From NCBI RefSeq assembly GCF_000143415.4, contig NW_003314273.1:2352010-2416009 (forward strand): a DNA stretch of 64,000 nt. The letters are read 5' to 3'. Position 1 is the first letter of the stretch; the number at the start of each line of letters is the position of its first letter. Made by a program: the position numbers and the translations under genes. The stretch comes from Selaginella moellendorffii (lineage: Eukaryota; Plantae; Lycopodiophyta). This document shows positions 61,263 to 64,000 of this stretch, piece by piece. The notes beneath the pieces are model-generated. The model made no database searches. It had not been told where the DNA came from and saw nothing but the letters and a program-made list of their open reading frames with translations.

Positions 61263-64000
61263 TTGAAATGTATGTTTGACCACTTGAGACATTAATTTGG
61301 CTCCTACTAAACTATGGTGACACTCTACCCTGTGGTGCACCAAAAATGCAGAGGAGAGGTTGTGAACAAAAGAAAGGAACTTTGAAACCCTAGAATACAC
61401 TATATACTATAGAACATGCTTTGACATATTCCCATACCCAAGCTCCTTCCACTTGACAAGATACTCCTTGGTGTGTTCAGTTTCCCTGACACCAATAATT
61501 TAGTGTGAACATGCAAGAAAAATCGTTGTAAGCAAACCTTTCATCTATGACCCTATCAACAGTGATTCATTCCGCTCGAGTTGGACATTGTTTCATGGCC
61601 TCACACGTTTTGTGGAATTGGTTCATCTTCATCCTTGAAGCTCTCTCCATGTCATTCAGCAGTATCCTGTGATGCTTCATATGAGTGACTAGTGTCTATA
61701 AGCAAGAAAAGACTTACCAAGAGCAATGAAGGTAAGACCTCGACTTCCACTTGACAGGTAACGCTTCATCTGCTCTTCTTCTGCCTTCTTGCCTTCCTCC
61801 GTCTTCCTTCTCCGTGAGAGTGCATGAAACTCCTGTTAGTGCTTCCCTCTTGCAGCAAGATAATCTTTGAAGCCAATACCAATAATTTGAGAATCTACTT
61901 AGAGGCTCCTCCTGAAACAAAAATAAATACATAATGCCAGTATGAGAAACGAAAGGCATCGACACTACAACAAAGCAGGGCATCTCGAGCTCCTCCTTAG
62001 AACAGACTTCATTGGCGGATCCAAGCACTGGAGGTGATACACCGCAGCACAAGCATCGCAGCAGAAAACTTTGCCACCACTCTTGCAAATGGTGCAAAAA
62101 TCTTTCCTCNNNNNNNNNNNNNNNNNNNNNNNNNNNNNNNNNNNNNNNNNNNNNNNNNNNNNNNNNNNNNNNNNNNNNNNNNNNNNNNNNNNNNNNNNNN
62201 NNNNNNNNNGAATAAACGAACGATATTTGTAAAGTCCCTGAAAACCCTAGGTGCTGACTATGCGTACCACCATCCAGCTGCCGCCTTGGCATGGGGGCCT
62301 TTGCTTGCCATTGCCATCTTGGCCCTGTGGGGCCATGACCTGGAGTTAGTGACTGTGCAGCACTGTGGCTAAAACAAATAAAACTCCGCATTTAAAACAT
62401 TTTGCAACTTTTGTTGACTCAAAACTCATTCATGTTTTCAGTTTGAGTTTTTTCAACATTAAAACTCAGCATTGTACTTAAGAAAATTTTGTAAATAAAA
62501 TTTTATTCACACACTATATTTTTGTAAGTAAAGTTCCAATAACAACTGATATTTATTCAACAGAATATAATATGATATATATCTAAACTTGAGTAAATGT
62601 TGTGGTTATAATTACTATCTAAGTTGGTAAAACAAAAATCAATTCACATTTAGTATTTTTATGAGAAATCTGTGATTATGATCCTCTCTGTAGCTCAGTT
62701 GATTCAGCAAGAATTCTGCCTCTTCAACAAAATTTCAAGCCCGAGACATTAAAGCTATTTACAAATCCTAAACCACTAGTATTTCTATTGCAATTCTTTT
62801 AGAGAAACCCTTTTCATGCTTATTATTGAAAAATTATCATTCATAATTTATTTTTGAGAAAGTGAGGAAATACAAGTGTACTTAGTGGTCTTCAATACAA
62901 ATCCATTTAAAGTTTGTAATAAGCAAAACTGTTAATTATGTTTAAGAATATTTTTGATATATTATCATTTTATGGTATAGAGTGATAGAATCATGTTATA
63001 ATCATGCCATTGGCAATTAGTATTTGATGTTCAATGTTCATAATGTGTGGAGCAAGATTTATCTTTTCTTAATGAAGTTCATGAGGCTTAAAAGGTTAAA
63101 CTATGAATTCAAAGGTTTTGCGATGAGTTTAAAAATCTTACATAATTTGTTGATGACTTGTCATTTTAGCATTTAATTTTCAATATTAACTTAAGGATAA
63201 CTTTTTTTATTTTGTAGGAACAGATCCTGATGATCATTTACTGTTGGTGGTACAGAATCCTCATCTAGAAAATCCACAAATGCTGGAATAATAGGCTCAT
63301 CAAAAATAAAAGAAGAAAGCAAAATTTTATATTTTAACATTTATACCAATAACAAATTCCTAAACACTCTGTGAAGATTTATTCATAACTATATATGATT
63401 CAAATTAGACCAATATTTTGGCCATCTTTTCCAAGACAAGACCATGAGTGTTTGTCTTGTTTTCCAGCTTACCTTAATATATATTCAAATTATGCAAGAA
63501 AAATATATTAATATAATATTTTATATATACAAATTTTACAGTTTTTGGAAAATATAGTTATCTGACCTTAAGTAGTAGTTTCTTCACCTTTTCAATCCAA
63601 TGGTTTATGGTTGTGATTTTTTGCTTTTAAACTCTTCTCTAATTCATTTGTAATTTTCTTTAAATATTATAAAATAATCTTAATATTCTAAAAACTTATC
63701 AAGCTTTTTTTATCCATCAAGATAGTTGCTTGTTAACAACAAGCTAACCAAGATTTATTGTTGTGAGATACAAATTTTTGAGCCCCAAAGTAGAGCCAAA
63801 AAAGTGCCACATGGTAATGATTGAAGTGGAAGTCCAACAAGTATAATATATTTGGACCAAAAGCCATGATTTGGGAAGTCGAGAGCGGGAATAAAATTCC
63901 AAACTAAGTGCTCAAGGAATGAGCATGAAGCAATTGGTGAATAAATTTCTAAAAAGGACACAATAAGGACTGATATATGGCTAGTGTTGTGACACATGGA

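Larger units (their letters stand above)
59936..62209. other. Three 100-N assembly gaps (59936-60035, 61035-61134, 62110-62209)
   Basis: Runs of N of fixed length, indicating scaffold joins of unknown size. Confidence 0.98.

Noticed and set aside
61540-62391. 225-aa ORF and exon-like segments on the - strand
   Set aside because: The ORF spans an N gap; the fragments have no recognisable homology.
62684-62750. TAGCTCAGTTG A-box with a weak TTCAAGCCC B-box
   Set aside because: Too degenerate to call a tRNA or SINE with any confidence.

Overview
Eukaryotic plant nuclear DNA. Very short GT-AG introns (~45-60 nt), tiny intergenic spacers, telo-boxes and the gene set all point to a compact lycophyte genome such as Selaginella (inference). 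About 1-11.7 kb, 16.7-20.7 kb and 59.9-64 kb are AT-rich decayed transposon DNA. This includes one LTR family present in several copies (one is a solo LTR with a 5-bp TSD nested in an older copy), a Ty1/copia pol relic, and three 100-N gaps. The rest is gene-dense: plastid RPL31, an A20/AN1 zinc-finger SAP, an intron-rich MULE/SWIM transposase-like gene, a frameshifted hevein-like + jacalin lectin, an intronless Fic-domain gene head-to-head with a serine hydrolase, NF-YC, two MEI2-like (AML) paralogs flanking an EMB2759-like gene, an apparently catalytically dead alpha/beta hydrolase, two related PPR genes, Yos1, HVA22-like, mitochondrial Rieske ISP, a frameshifted GDSL lipase, a single-DUF26 receptor kinase, CSN2 plus a decayed partial copy, and a FAM172A/Arb2-like gene. 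The most interesting signals are: the Fic gene with an intact HPFxDGNGRxxR motif; the FAM172A/Arb2-like gene; a leader design shared by both AML paralogs, where a predicted 5'UTR splice creates a uORF stop (T|GA) just before the main AUG; and a possibly domesticated MULE. All family calls come from motif recognition by eye, not database searches, and exon boundaries are predictions.
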